From positions 1 to 58,868 of the IMG/VR virus record IMGVR_UViG_3300037010_000704: 58,868 nt of DNA. One strand, given 5' to 3'. Shown here one piece after another: positions 9,538-18,040 of this stretch. Each line of letters starts with the position of its first letter. The first letter of the stretch is position 1. The DNA comes from a virus. Lineage: Duplodnaviria > Caudoviricetes. A program made the position numbers and the translations under genes. A model generated the notes under the pieces. It was not told the DNA's origin and searched no databases. It saw only the letters and a program-made list of their open reading frames with translations.

Positions 9538-9784
9538 TTAATTCTCTATGACTAAGTGGATCAATAGCTGGATGGACCACTCTTGATGTCGTCTTTCGAT
9601 ATCCATGAACCAACTATGCCACTAATCCAGGAGCGATACCACTCCAGTCTGGCTGTCTCGATAACCCGTTAGAGGGCGGCCACCCTGACAACCCTGGTGG
9701 ACAACCAGCAGATACCATCGGTGAGTTCGGCTATTCCGACAGGTCTGACTTGGAGGGGCGGCCCTGGGGACCGGAGAAGCCAGC

Positions 9785-12343
9785 CTAGGCTGACTTCTTC
9801 CGATTAGAGATGTAGGTGAAGAGGGCAGCCTTGATATTGGCGGGTTCGGCCTGGGCCTGCTCGGAACCGTCAATGGCAGCCTGCTCCCAGCCGGAGATCA
9901 GGGTGGACTTACCGGACAGGGCGGAGACGAGTTCCTCGTCGAAGGTGCCCTCAGCGGTCATGTGGTAGATGTTGACCATCTCGGTCTGGCCGATGCGATA
10001 TGCACGGTCCTCAGCCTGGAAGATCATGGCGGGGGTCCAGTCACGGTCGTTGAAGATCACATGGGAGGCAGCGGTCAGGGTGATGGCCACACCGGCAGCC
10101 TTCACGTTGCCGACGAAGACCCGGATCTCAGGGTTGTTCTGGAAGGCATCGACAGCGGCCATGCGCTTGGGGCCGGTGACGGAACCGTCAACCACGACAG
10201 CCTTGGAACCGAAGTGAGCAGCGATCTGCTCCAGGGTGTCGGTGTAGCAGGTGAAGATGATGACCTTCTCACCGGCCTGGACGATGCACTCGGCCTGCTC
10301 GATGGTGGCGGCGACCTTCACACGAGCAGTCTCGTGCTTCAGGATGCCGATGAGGCGCAGGATCTCGCCAGTGGGCTCGTCGTTGTCGTCGGTGGCGGAG
10401 GCATTCTCCAAGTCGGTGAACAGCCTGTCAAACATCTTGCGGTCGGCCTTGCTGATCTCAACGGGGATACTTGTGCGGACCTTGGGGGGCAGGTTCAGGA
10501 CATCGGCCTTGAACACCTTGCGGAAGAAGGGGGCCACTTTGGAGGCCAGTTCGCTGCTGTTAGATGAGCCGGTGTTGCTCCAGACCTGACGGCCAGTGCG
10601 GTCCACGGTGATGAACTTGCCGTCGCAGTAACGCTCTTCAAACTTCGACTTCGACTTGCCCATCGGGGATCCCAGGGCGCGGAGGATGCTGAAGAGTTCG
10701 TTGGGGCGGTTCAGCATGGGGGTGCCGGACATGGGGAGCACGTTGGGGATGCTGTCCACGATGCCAGGGACCATGACGCGAGCCTTGGCATCCCAGTAGG
10801 ACACGAGGGCCTGAGTGCGCTGGGCCTTGAGGTTTTTGAGTGTGTGTGCCTCGTCCATGATGACGAAGGCGAAACCGGCGTCGATGAGGGCCTGCTTGTA
10901 GTAGCTGATGATGTCGTAGTTGATGATGACCCAGGTGGCATCGCTGATGGTGTCAGTGCGACCGGAGACGATCTGGACGGTCTGGTCGGCACCGATGAAC
11001 TTGTGGATTTCGCGCTTCCAGTTCTCCTTGGCGACGGAGGGGGCGACCACCAACTTGCGGCCATTGGGGGACTTCAAGTAAGCAGCATACATGCTGGACA
11101 GGGTTTTCCCCAGGCCCATGTCGTTGGCCAGCAGGCCACCCTTGGTGCCCAACAGGGAGAAGTCCTGGAGCAGGAAGGCGATGTCGTCTATCTGGTGGGG
11201 GAACAGGGGCAGGCCGGTGGGGGTGTGAGTCAGACCTTCGCGCTTCACGGGGGCAGGAGCAGCGATGGTGTCCAGGATGAAGGGGTCCAACAGGCTGACG
11301 TCGAAGCGGGGAAAGGCAAGCAGGGTGGCGACGATGCGGGGCAGGCTGGTGAGGTTGACGGTCCAGGACTTCGTGGGCTCACCGTTGTAACGACCCTGGG
11401 CAGCCTTGCAGGCTTCCACGAACACGGAGTCATACTTGCGGATCGCGAGGGTGATGGTCTTGTCGTCGGACTTGATGATCTTGACCTTGATGGAGCCGCT
11501 GCGGATCTCATCGCGAAGGTCGAGGAGCTTGGGGTCGGTGCAGACGGCGTGGGCAACGACGGCGGATACGTCCACGCCTTCGATGTCGGCTTCCACTAGG
11601 GAGATCGAAGCCATCACCAATTGGTCGGGGGTCAGGAGCCAGCCTAGGCCGGTCTTGAAGCCGCTGGACAGGGGCTTGACGATTTCCTTGATGGCTTCGA
11701 AGGTCGCGTTGTTGCTGGCATATTCCCAGTTCATGTAGAAGGTGGGGGCAGCACCGGAAACCTTCACAGTGAAGGGGAACTTCTTGGGGGCGACGGGGTC
11801 CACGAAGGTGGACTGCTCGACACCGGCAGCGATCTTGTCCAGGCTGGCGACGTTCAGGATGTTCTCGGCACCGACCAGACCCTTTAGGGCATTGATCTTG
11901 TTGGTCTTCAGGACGTAGCCGGTAGTCGTATGGACGGCACCGAGCTTCTTCATGAACTTCGTGGTATCGCTGGAGAGGCGGACACCGTTGAAGAGCACTT
12001 CGTTGTCGCTGATCTTGGAGAAGGCGAGCTTGCCAGCCACGTTGTTGCGGGCGTCTGAGAGGATCAGACGGGCCTCAGAGCGGCCCTTCTCGCTGATGGT
12101 CTCGGGGAGGAAGGCAGCCAGGGCCTCGCGGGTGATGCCGAACTCGGCAGCCTGACGGGGGTAGCAGAACAGCAGGGCAGCGGAGCCCAGGACGTCGCCG
12201 GAGGCGGCGAGGGTCAACCCAGCGGGGAAGTCAGCGTTGCTGAAGCCACAGCCATCCTCGGAGGTTGGGTCAGCAGCCTGGGTCGCGGCCAGTATGGCGG
12301 TCGCATTCAGGATGTCGGAGGCGGTGATTTGGGTGGTCGTCAT
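9785..12343 (-). CDS. SNF2-family (SMARCAL1/HARP-like) helicase/annealing ATPase
   Basis: LLANDMGLGKT, DEAH, SGTPMLNRP, KVIIF, AGVAITLT, QAEDRAYRIGQ; HARP-like segment (YDSVFVEACKAAQGRYNGEPTKSWTV) upstream of the ATPase. Confidence 0.92.
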   Translation of the reverse strand: MTTTQITASDILNATAILAATQAADPTSEDGCGFSNADFPAGLTLAASGDVLGSAALLFCYPRQAAEFGITREALAAFLPETISEKGRSEARLILSDARNNVAGKLAFSKISDNEVLFNGVRLSSDTTKFMKKLGAVHTTTGYVLKTNKINALKGLVGAENILNVASLDKIAAGVEQSTFVDPVAPKKFPFTVKVSGAAPTFYMNWEYASNNATFEAIKEIVKPLSSGFKTGLGWLLTPDQLVMASISLVEADIEGVDVSAVVAHAVCTDPKLLDLRDEIRSGSIKVKIIKSDDKTITLAIRKYDSVFVEACKAAQGRYNGEPTKSWTVNLTSLPRIVATLLAFPRFDVSLLDPFILDTIAAPAPVKREGLTHTPTGLPLFPHQIDDIAFLLQDFSLLGTKGGLLANDMGLGKTLSSMYAAYLKSPNGRKLVVAPSVAKENWKREIHKFIGADQTVQIVSGRTDTISDATWVIINYDIISYYKQALIDAGFAFVIMDEAHTLKNLKAQRTQALVSYWDAKARVMVPGIVDSIPNVLPMSGTPMLNRPNELFSILRALGSPMGKSKSKFEERYCDGKFITVDRTGRQVWSNTGSSNSSELASKVAPFFRKVFKADVLNLPPKVRTSIPVEISKADRKMFDRLFTDLENASATDDNDEPTGEILRLIGILKHETARVKVAATIEQAECIVQAGEKVIIFTCYTDTLEQIAAHFGSKAVVVDGSVTGPKRMAAVDAFQNNPEIRVFVGNVKAAGVAITLTAASHVIFNDRDWTPAMIFQAEDRAYRIGQTEMVNIYHMTAEGTFDEELVSALSGKSTLISGWEQAAIDGSEQAQAEPANIKAALFTYISNRKKSA

Positions 12344-12360
12344 GATGGGATCCCCACCAC

Positions 12361-12390
12361 TACATACACCCTAGTTGGCCTAGAACTTAA
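12361..12390 (-). promoter_or_regulatory. Candidate phage promoter, motif A
   Basis: TTAAGTTCTAGGCCAACTAGGGTGTATGTA directly upstream of the SNF2 start. Confidence 0.6.
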
Positions 12391-12465
12391 CCAATTCCTG
12401 AAGAAAATTGGGGGCCTGTCATTCTCGTCCCCGTTTAAGGTTTCGCTGGCCCTTGGGCGGGCTAG

Positions 12466-13299
12466 TCAGCCCTCACGAATGGCTTCGAGATCCTCGGGAC
12501 TGATCCTATCACGGCTGATAGAGACGAAACTGGCGTCGAACTGGACGTCCGGGATCTTCTGCCAGTTGTAACCACCGCCAGTTTCGTAGAGGTAGGGGTT
12601 GATGTCCACATGGTAGATGTCAATCCACCGGGGTTCATCCGGGTCATCGTCCTCCTGGGTCTCCTCGGTTGCTTCATCCCAGGCGACCACGCTGACGTGG
12701 ACCATGGAGTCGTGGGACAGGGTCGTTGTAGCAGCCCCGGGGATGCTCTCCTCGATGACCTCGGCCATGGCGTCTGCAATCAGGTGGCAGATGCCGCCGA
12801 AGCCCACGTTGAAGTCGCCATCCACCTCGTCGCTGGCGTCCCATTTGTCATAGACCTGCTGGGCCGCCTGGGCCAGCTTGGGCTTCAGGGCGTTCAACTG
12901 GGCTTTGAAGTCCGGGGCAGCCGTGATGCGGGTGCCGTTGGGGTCGTAGGCCCAGGAGTTGTCCATGGCGGACTTGATAGCGGAGTGCAGGTCACCCTTC
13001 TTGCTCCGGGAGTCCAGGAGTTCATCAACCACGAGGACGAGCTTCTTGTCGGGGACGTTGCCCTTCTGGGCCAGGACCAGGAAGTCCCCGCCCTTCTGGT
13101 TGCGACCCACCTTGACATCGAGCTTGCCGTTGGCCGAGCGGGTGATGACGATCTGGCCGCCGCCGAAGAGGGTCATGCGGAGGCCAATTTTCAGGTCAGT
13201 CTCGTACTTCACGCCCCAGGCGCTCTTGGCGAATGCGTCGAGGTCGTCGATCAGGTCACTGATCTGCTGGCAGACTGCTGATGTCGCTTCCTTCTCCAT
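12466..13299 (-). CDS. Hypothetical protein, acidic C-terminal half
   Basis: ORF 12466..13311; likely start ATG 13299 (MEKEATS) after GAGG. Confidence 0.75.
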   Translation of the reverse strand: MEKEATSAVCQQISDLIDDLDAFAKSAWGVKYETDLKIGLRMTLFGGGQIVITRSANGKLDVKVGRNQKGGDFLVLAQKGNVPDKKLVLVVDELLDSRSKKGDLHSAIKSAMDNSWAYDPNGTRITAAPDFKAQLNALKPKLAQAAQQVYDKWDASDEVDGDFNVGFGGICHLIADAMAEVIEESIPGAATTTLSHDSMVHVSVVAWDEATEETQEDDDPDEPRWIDIYHVDINPYLYETGGGYNWQKIPDVQFDASFVSISRDRISPEDLEAIREG

Positions 13300-13527
13300 G
13301 GATGCCCTCACCTGGGGTTGAAAAGTTGCCGGGACGGAGGGCGTAGCACTTCAGGTAGAGTTTTTCCACGTCCTGGGCGATTCCGTTTCAGGCATCCATC
13401 CACCCATGTTCATAGGGGACGTAGGCCAGGGCAGCCCCCTGGGCGATCACAGTGCGACCGGGTGCCCCCGTCCATGAGGGTGCCCTTCTTGATCAGGTGC
13501 CGGGTGACCATGATGACGGGGTTGCAT

Positions 13528-13938
13528 CTAATGGGCGGCTGTCCCGCAGATTGGGCAGAAGTGCTCGTTCACTTCCAGCCGGTGGCCACACTTGCAGGGA
13601 GCCTTCCGGCGGTCCTGGTTGGGGCGGGAGACCCCGGCGACATAGACGTCACATGGGTCGTCCTCAATAGGGCCGGGTTCGACGGTGATGGGGGTCTTGG
13701 GTTCGTCAGGGTTGAACTTCCCCGGACAGCCCCGGCTCATCGAAGGTGGGAGGTCATTCATCTGCCAAAGGTCCAACCAAAGGGTCTTTCCGCAGACGGA
13801 GCAGCGGAACCCCTCGAAGGTAGCCTTGCCCATCGTCACCTTCAGGGGGTTCTCCAGATCAAACTTGTGGCTTCGGAACTTGCGTCGAAGGTTCTCAAAC
13901 TTGTGGCTTCGGAACTTGCGTCGAAGGTTCTCAAACAT
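13528..13938 (-). CDS. Cys-rich (zinc-ribbon) hypothetical protein with N-terminal tandem duplication
   Basis: CSVC, CKCG, CPICG motifs; the peptide FENLRRKFRSHK occurs twice. Confidence 0.65.
   Translation of the reverse strand: MFENLRRKFRSHKFENLRRKFRSHKFDLENPLKVTMGKATFEGFRCSVCGKTLWLDLWQMNDLPPSMSRGCPGKFNPDEPKTPITVEPGPIEDDPCDVYVAGVSRPNQDRRKAPCKCGHRLEVNEHFCPICGTAAH
13859..13936. repeat. Perfect 36-bp tandem direct repeat (2 copies + 6 bp)
   Basis: TCAAACTTGTGGCTTCGGAACTTGCGTCGAAGGTTC at 13859-13894 and 13895-13930, followed by TCAAAC. Confidence 0.95.
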
Positions 13939-13947
13939 GGTGTCCCC

Positions 13948-15291
13948 TCAGTAATGGGTGGCAGAAGCTAATTCCTGAGCATCCATGAACTCCTTGCGGG
14001 CACGACCGAGTGCAGATGCCTGCTCCTGCTCGATCTTGGAGATGCTCCATCCGGGGGTGATCTCAACCTTGCTCAGTGCCTCACCGAGATGCAGGAGGAT
14101 CTGAGCCTGGGGGTAGGCGGCGTCCATGAAGGTGGGGCCACGTCCCTGGGCATCCGCCATGCAGGCGATCCCGGCTCCAGACAGACCGATGGTGTTTCGC
14201 CGGAGGATCTTGACAACCTTCAGGAGGGTCGAGGGGCGGAGCTTGGTGATGTTGTGGACGTTGGTGTGCTGGAAGGCCACAGACTTCATGGTCTTCTCCA
14301 GCTTCTCACCCAGATCGAACCGGGCGGAGAAGGTCTCAATGGGGACACCACCGGCCATCTCGTGTCCGTGGTGCTTGGGCTGAAGTTCCTTGGGGGTCAA
14401 GGTCTTCCCGAAATCGTGGGCCAGGGCAGCGAACATGGTGTGCAGGTTGGCCCCATGGAATCGGGCACGGTCGAGCACCTGCATGGTATGGTTGAAGACG
14501 TCCCCCTCGGGGTGCCACTGCTCGGGCTGAGTCACCCCAATCATGGCCTCGATCTCAGGGAACCAGAAGGTCAGGGCGTCGGCGTCACGGAGCACCCTGA
14601 AGAACCGGGAGGGCTCGGGGGACATCAGGGCCTTCTCCATCTCGACACGGACCCGCTCCTTGGTGAGGTGCGGGAGTTCGGCCTTGAGGGACTTCATGAG
14701 GTCGATGGTCTCGGGGGCGACATCCCAGCCGAAGCGGGCACTGAATTGGGCTACTCGGAATACCCGCAGGGGATCCTCAGCAAAGGCGGGGCCAACAGCC
14801 CGGAGGGTGTTGGTCCTGATGTCCGTGAGGGGTGTAGGGGCCAGCCGTTGGGCCACCCACTCAGGGAGCAGGAGGTCGGCGACCTTGCCCCAGAAGGACC
14901 GGACAAAGATCAGGCCCTCATCGGGGCTCCAGGCCAGGGCATTGATGGTTAAATCCCGGCGCTTCAGGTCTTCCTTGAGGTCGGAGGTGACCTCGACGGT
15001 GAAGCCGTTGTAGCCGGGGGCCACCTTGGTCTCACGACGGGCTGCGGCGATCTCGACGACATGCTCACTGACACGGGTCTGCCAGACAGGGAAGGCCGCT
15101 CCAACCTTGGGAAAGCCCATGGCCTCCACGAGATCAGGCGTGGTCGTCACCATGTCGTAGTCCTTGGGCTTGCGACCCAGGCAGAGGTCACGGACACAGC
15201 CGCCAACGAGGAACGTCCGGCACCCACCATGGTTCAGGGACTTCAGGAGATCCAGGACGTCTTCGGGGACTTCAGTGGGGCGGATAACCAC
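13948..15291 (-). CDS. cca: tRNA nucleotidyltransferase (CCA-adding) with HD phosphohydrolase domain
   Basis: VGGCVRD..LG..PKDYD, RRDLTINA, EDPLR templating motif, ERVRVE; HD domain HPEGDVFNHT...HDFGK...HHGHE. Confidence 0.93.
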   Translation of the reverse strand: MVIRPTEVPEDVLDLLKSLNHGGCRTFLVGGCVRDLCLGRKPKDYDMVTTTPDLVEAMGFPKVGAAFPVWQTRVSEHVVEIAAARRETKVAPGYNGFTVEVTSDLKEDLKRRDLTINALAWSPDEGLIFVRSFWGKVADLLLPEWVAQRLAPTPLTDIRTNTLRAVGPAFAEDPLRVFRVAQFSARFGWDVAPETIDLMKSLKAELPHLTKERVRVEMEKALMSPEPSRFFRVLRDADALTFWFPEIEAMIGVTQPEQWHPEGDVFNHTMQVLDRARFHGANLHTMFAALAHDFGKTLTPKELQPKHHGHEMAGGVPIETFSARFDLGEKLEKTMKSVAFQHTNVHNITKLRPSTLLKVVKILRRNTIGLSGAGIACMADAQGRGPTFMDAAYPQAQILLHLGEALSKVEITPGWSISKIEQEQASALGRARKEFMDAQELASATHY

Positions 15292-15330
15292 GATGGAACC
15301 TTTCTACGGGGGCAGAGTGCCCCCACACCA

Positions 15331-15360
15331 AGATTACACCGTCTAGGCCGTAGAACTTAG
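15331..15360 (-). promoter_or_regulatory. Candidate phage promoter, motif A
   Basis: CTAAGTTCTACGGCCTAGACGGTGTAATCT upstream of cca, followed by the hairpin GGGGGCA-CTC-TGCCCCC. Confidence 0.6.
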
Positions 15361-15362
15361 AG

Positions 15363-15557
15363 CTAAAACCCAACCCTGATAGCAGTGCAGTCGTAGACGA
15401 CTTTCCCATTGAAGGCCCGTTCCACGAGCACTAGAACTACTTCCTCTTCCCCGGCCTTCCTGACAGCCTTCCTGAGGGCGGCCTGGGGATTCCTGGCACC
15501 CACGGTGATCACCCTGGGTTGATTTCGTCGAGAGTTGAGCCGTGCGTCGTAGAGCAT
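15363..15557 (-). CDS. Small hypothetical protein
   Basis: 64 aa with GGAG SD. Confidence 0.6.
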   Translation of the reverse strand: MLYDARLNSRRNQPRVITVGARNPQAALRKAVRKAGEEEVVLVLVERAFNGKVVYDCTAIRVGF

Positions 15558-15592
15558 GTTGTCTCCGTTTCGTGGGGCACCGTTGTCGAGGG

Positions 15593-15967
15593 TCAGACGA
15601 CCCGAGTTAGTCTGTTTCGGCGGGCTGAAGGGCCGATGTGGTCCCTGGTGTAACGAGCGACCTCTTTGGGGTCACACCAGTCCACATCTATCCCCGGCTC
15701 GAAGAAGTCATCGGCATCAGGGGGTGGGGTCCGCTGCTTCACCTTGAGTTTGGGAGCCCGCATCTCGGCGACGACGGCGTCCACAAGGTGGCGGATGCTG
15801 AGACCCATCTTCTCGTGTGGGTTGCGTCCTTCCCAGGAAGCCATCGTCCTCAGCCTCGTCGCGACTTCAACCACAATGTAAGGTGTCGGGGAGAGGAGGC
15901 CATCCCGCTTTGCGATGGCTTCAACCTCACGCCGGACCATTTTCATGGCGTCTTCCAGCTTATTCAT
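15593..15967 (-). CDS. Hypothetical protein
   Basis: 124 aa with GAGG SD. Confidence 0.6.
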   Translation of the reverse strand: MNKLEDAMKMVRREVEAIAKRDGLLSPTPYIVVEVATRLRTMASWEGRNPHEKMGLSIRHLVDAVVAEMRAPKLKVKQRTPPPDADDFFEPGIDVDWCDPKEVARYTRDHIGPSARRNRLTRVV

Positions 15968-16157
15968 TCACAGCCTCGTTGAAGTCCTAGATCAGATTTC
16001 CTCGGTGCTTCCGGGGTGGGTCTGAGGCTTCAAACGGGTAGACGAATACTGAGCCAATACTAGGCGTCCCATGCGTTACGCTCCTTCGTGGAGAGGCCCT
16101 CTGTGGTTTCGTCGGGGCCGTCATCTAGGGTTTGGGAAAGCTAGATCAGCGAGTTCA

Positions 16158-17315
16158 CTACACCTGGGCAGTGAGGTCAGGGAGGAGTTCATCCACGATG
16201 CGTGTCATCTTCAGATCCCGTGAGTCTTTGATGTGAAACTGGTAACGATAGCCTGCGGCGAGACAGGCGAGTTGCTTCCTCCGGTTGAGGTCGTAGTTCT
16301 CCATCAGGGTCCACTCGGACTTCACCTCGATAATGAGGTTCTCCCCTGGAATGAAGATGTCGGGGTGGTAGGTGCGCTCTCGGCCTTGAGCATCCACATA
16401 CTCCACGGTAGGGATGTTGGTGAACTCGAAGTCCTCTTCCTTGTAGTGCCTCAGAAGTTCAGAGAGCACCAAGCCCTCGTAACCCTGGAGGTGGAGGATG
16501 CGGCCCGAAGGGAGTGTGTAGGGCTTGAAACCGAACATGCCCTTACGTATCTTGCGGAAGAATGCGCCGTTCTTCCTGGCGTGGGCAGCCCCGAACCGCG
16601 CACGGCATGTTGTGGCGTAAGCCTCCCGTCCGTGTGCCCCTTGCATAGCGAACTCCACTCCGTAGCGTTCCTTCATGGTGGCCTTGCGGCGGGGTGCCAC
16701 CTCGTCTGCCACCGCCGACATCCGCTCCCGGTAGTCGGCCCGCTGCATATGGTGACTGACGCCATAGGTAGCCTGCATGGTCTCCTTGATTCTCTCCTTT
16801 ACGGGGGGAGCTTGAGCGACGTTGGTGACCCCATAACGATCCTGGACAGTCTGTTCACGTCGCTTCAAGATGTCCGGGGACATGGCCCCTGCGTTCCCGT
16901 AGAGTGCCAAGTTGGTGGCTGCCCGCTTGGCCCGCACAGAGGCACTTGCCATGGGACTTGCCCCTCCAAACTTCTTGGTGTTTGTAATGCTTCGCTTCTC
17001 CTTCACCGCATCGGACTGGATGGGGACTTCCACCCCATACCTATCCAAGTTGGTCTTTCTGAACTTCTGATCCGCCGCTTTCGCTTGGTTAGGGCACTTC
17101 TTGTAGTGCTCCGAACAGCACCACACCCAGACTTTCTTCTCACCCGTCTCAGTTTTCACATGGCGCTGAAGACGGTATCGAGCGGGCTGGCCACACTCAT
17201 TCTCGCATAGCTGACCGAGAGGGACGGGGATGTTCCGTTCCCTCTCGGCACGTTCACGATTCTTACGAACCTTGGCTTGGTTCGGGGTTTCTACACGGTC
17301 GTCACTTGGGCACAT
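16158..17315 (-). CDS. Free-standing homing-type endonuclease: N-terminal Cys motif, (K/R)YGV helical repeats, C-terminal PD-(D/E)XK nuclease
   Basis: CENECG...CCSEHYKKC; repeated T.L.RYGV-like units; QGYE...YHPDIFI...IIEVKS catalytic motif. Confidence 0.8.
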   Translation of the reverse strand: MCPSDDRVETPNQAKVRKNRERAERERNIPVPLGQLCENECGQPARYRLQRHVKTETGEKKVWVWCCSEHYKKCPNQAKAADQKFRKTNLDRYGVEVPIQSDAVKEKRSITNTKKFGGASPMASASVRAKRAATNLALYGNAGAMSPDILKRREQTVQDRYGVTNVAQAPPVKERIKETMQATYGVSHHMQRADYRERMSAVADEVAPRRKATMKERYGVEFAMQGAHGREAYATTCRARFGAAHARKNGAFFRKIRKGMFGFKPYTLPSGRILHLQGYEGLVLSELLRHYKEEDFEFTNIPTVEYVDAQGRERTYHPDIFIPGENLIIEVKSEWTLMENYDLNRRKQLACLAAGYRYQFHIKDSRDLKMTRIVDELLPDLTAQV

Positions 17316-18040
17316 GAGGGGCCTCCGCCCTCAGTGTGGCCCTTGACATTCCCATTGTCAATGCCTGCATTCCCAATGTTGACCGCCATAAGGAAAACGA
17401 ATGATAAAATCCAACTGAAAATGAAAGGAATCCCATCGGGCAGGATTAGTGACGGCAGGGTCTTGTAGTTGATGAGGGTGACGGTGTCAGAGTGGTTCCG
17501 GCCTGTGGAGATGAAGCCCGGGGATGTTGCGAGGTCACTATCGGGGTTCCAGGGGTTGGCCGTCTCCATCTGGGTGTTGTCCACCGTGGAGCCACCGCCA
17601 AGTAGGCCCATCTCCCGGATGGGGAGAGTCTCACCGTTGGTTCCAGAGATCAGGCCGTCCTCGTTGGACTTCACGATGGTCTGGAAGTCCACCTTCTCGC
17701 TGAAGCCCTTGACGGGGTTCAAGTCATCATCGACGAACTTGACAAAGCTGATCTTCTTGCGGAGGACGGGGCGGTAGAGGGCCGTGGGCTGGGGCTGGAT
17801 CGTATCTTCCTTGGGGGGAATCGTGGAGGTCCAGGCGTCGCTGCCGGAACCGAGGCCGAGACCCCAGACACCGTAGGCGGGTTCCTTGCTGTTGGCCATC
17901 AGGCGGGCGAACAACGACCTCACACAATCTACGATCAGGTTGGACTCTTCATAGATGATGTTACTAGGGTTCCCAAACTCGAAGATGCGAACGTGCCCCT
18001 TGAGGGACATGGTTGGAACGACGTCGTGAAGGTGGCTCAT
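17291..18040 (-). CDS. Baseplate/tail-fibre-attachment structural protein
   Basis: KGHVRIFE..NLIVD..GLGLGSG..IREMGLLGG..LINYKT..FSWILSF pattern typical of fibre-anchor domains; likely start 18040 (AGGAG SD); an alternative in-frame start lies at 18151. Confidence 0.6.
   Translation of the reverse strand: MSHLHDVVPTMSLKGHVRIFEFGNPSNIIYEESNLIVDCVRSLFARLMANSKEPAYGVWGLGLGSGSDAWTSTIPPKEDTIQPQPTALYRPVLRKKISFVKFVDDDLNPVKGFSEKVDFQTIVKSNEDGLISGTNGETLPIREMGLLGGGSTVDNTQMETANPWNPDSDLATSPGFISTGRNHSDTVTLINYKTLPSLILPDGIPFIFSWILSFVFLMAVNIGNAGIDNGNVKGHTEGGGPSCAQVTTV
17333..17361 (-). promoter_or_regulatory. Sigma70-like promoter for the endonuclease, overlapping a palindrome and an RBS-sequestering hairpin
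   Basis: TTGACA-17 nt-CACACT; TTGACA...TGTCAA inverted repeat; stem covering GGAGG and ATG. Confidence 0.55.

Noticed and set aside
13859-13936. 36-bp repeat as a CRISPR array
   Set aside because: The copies are directly adjacent with no spacer and lie in frame within a CDS; no cas genes.
16100-16150. Hammerhead-like words (GATGA...CGAAAC) on the minus strand
   Set aside because: The core is CTAGATGA rather than CTGATGA, and I could not build stem II or the flanking stems.
15968-17400. Group I or II intron carrying the PD-(D/E)XK nuclease
   Set aside because: No recognisable P7 (R/S) elements and no GUGYG/domain V. The 3' flank instead holds an SD plus a 26-codon mini-ORF. Treated as a free-standing gene.
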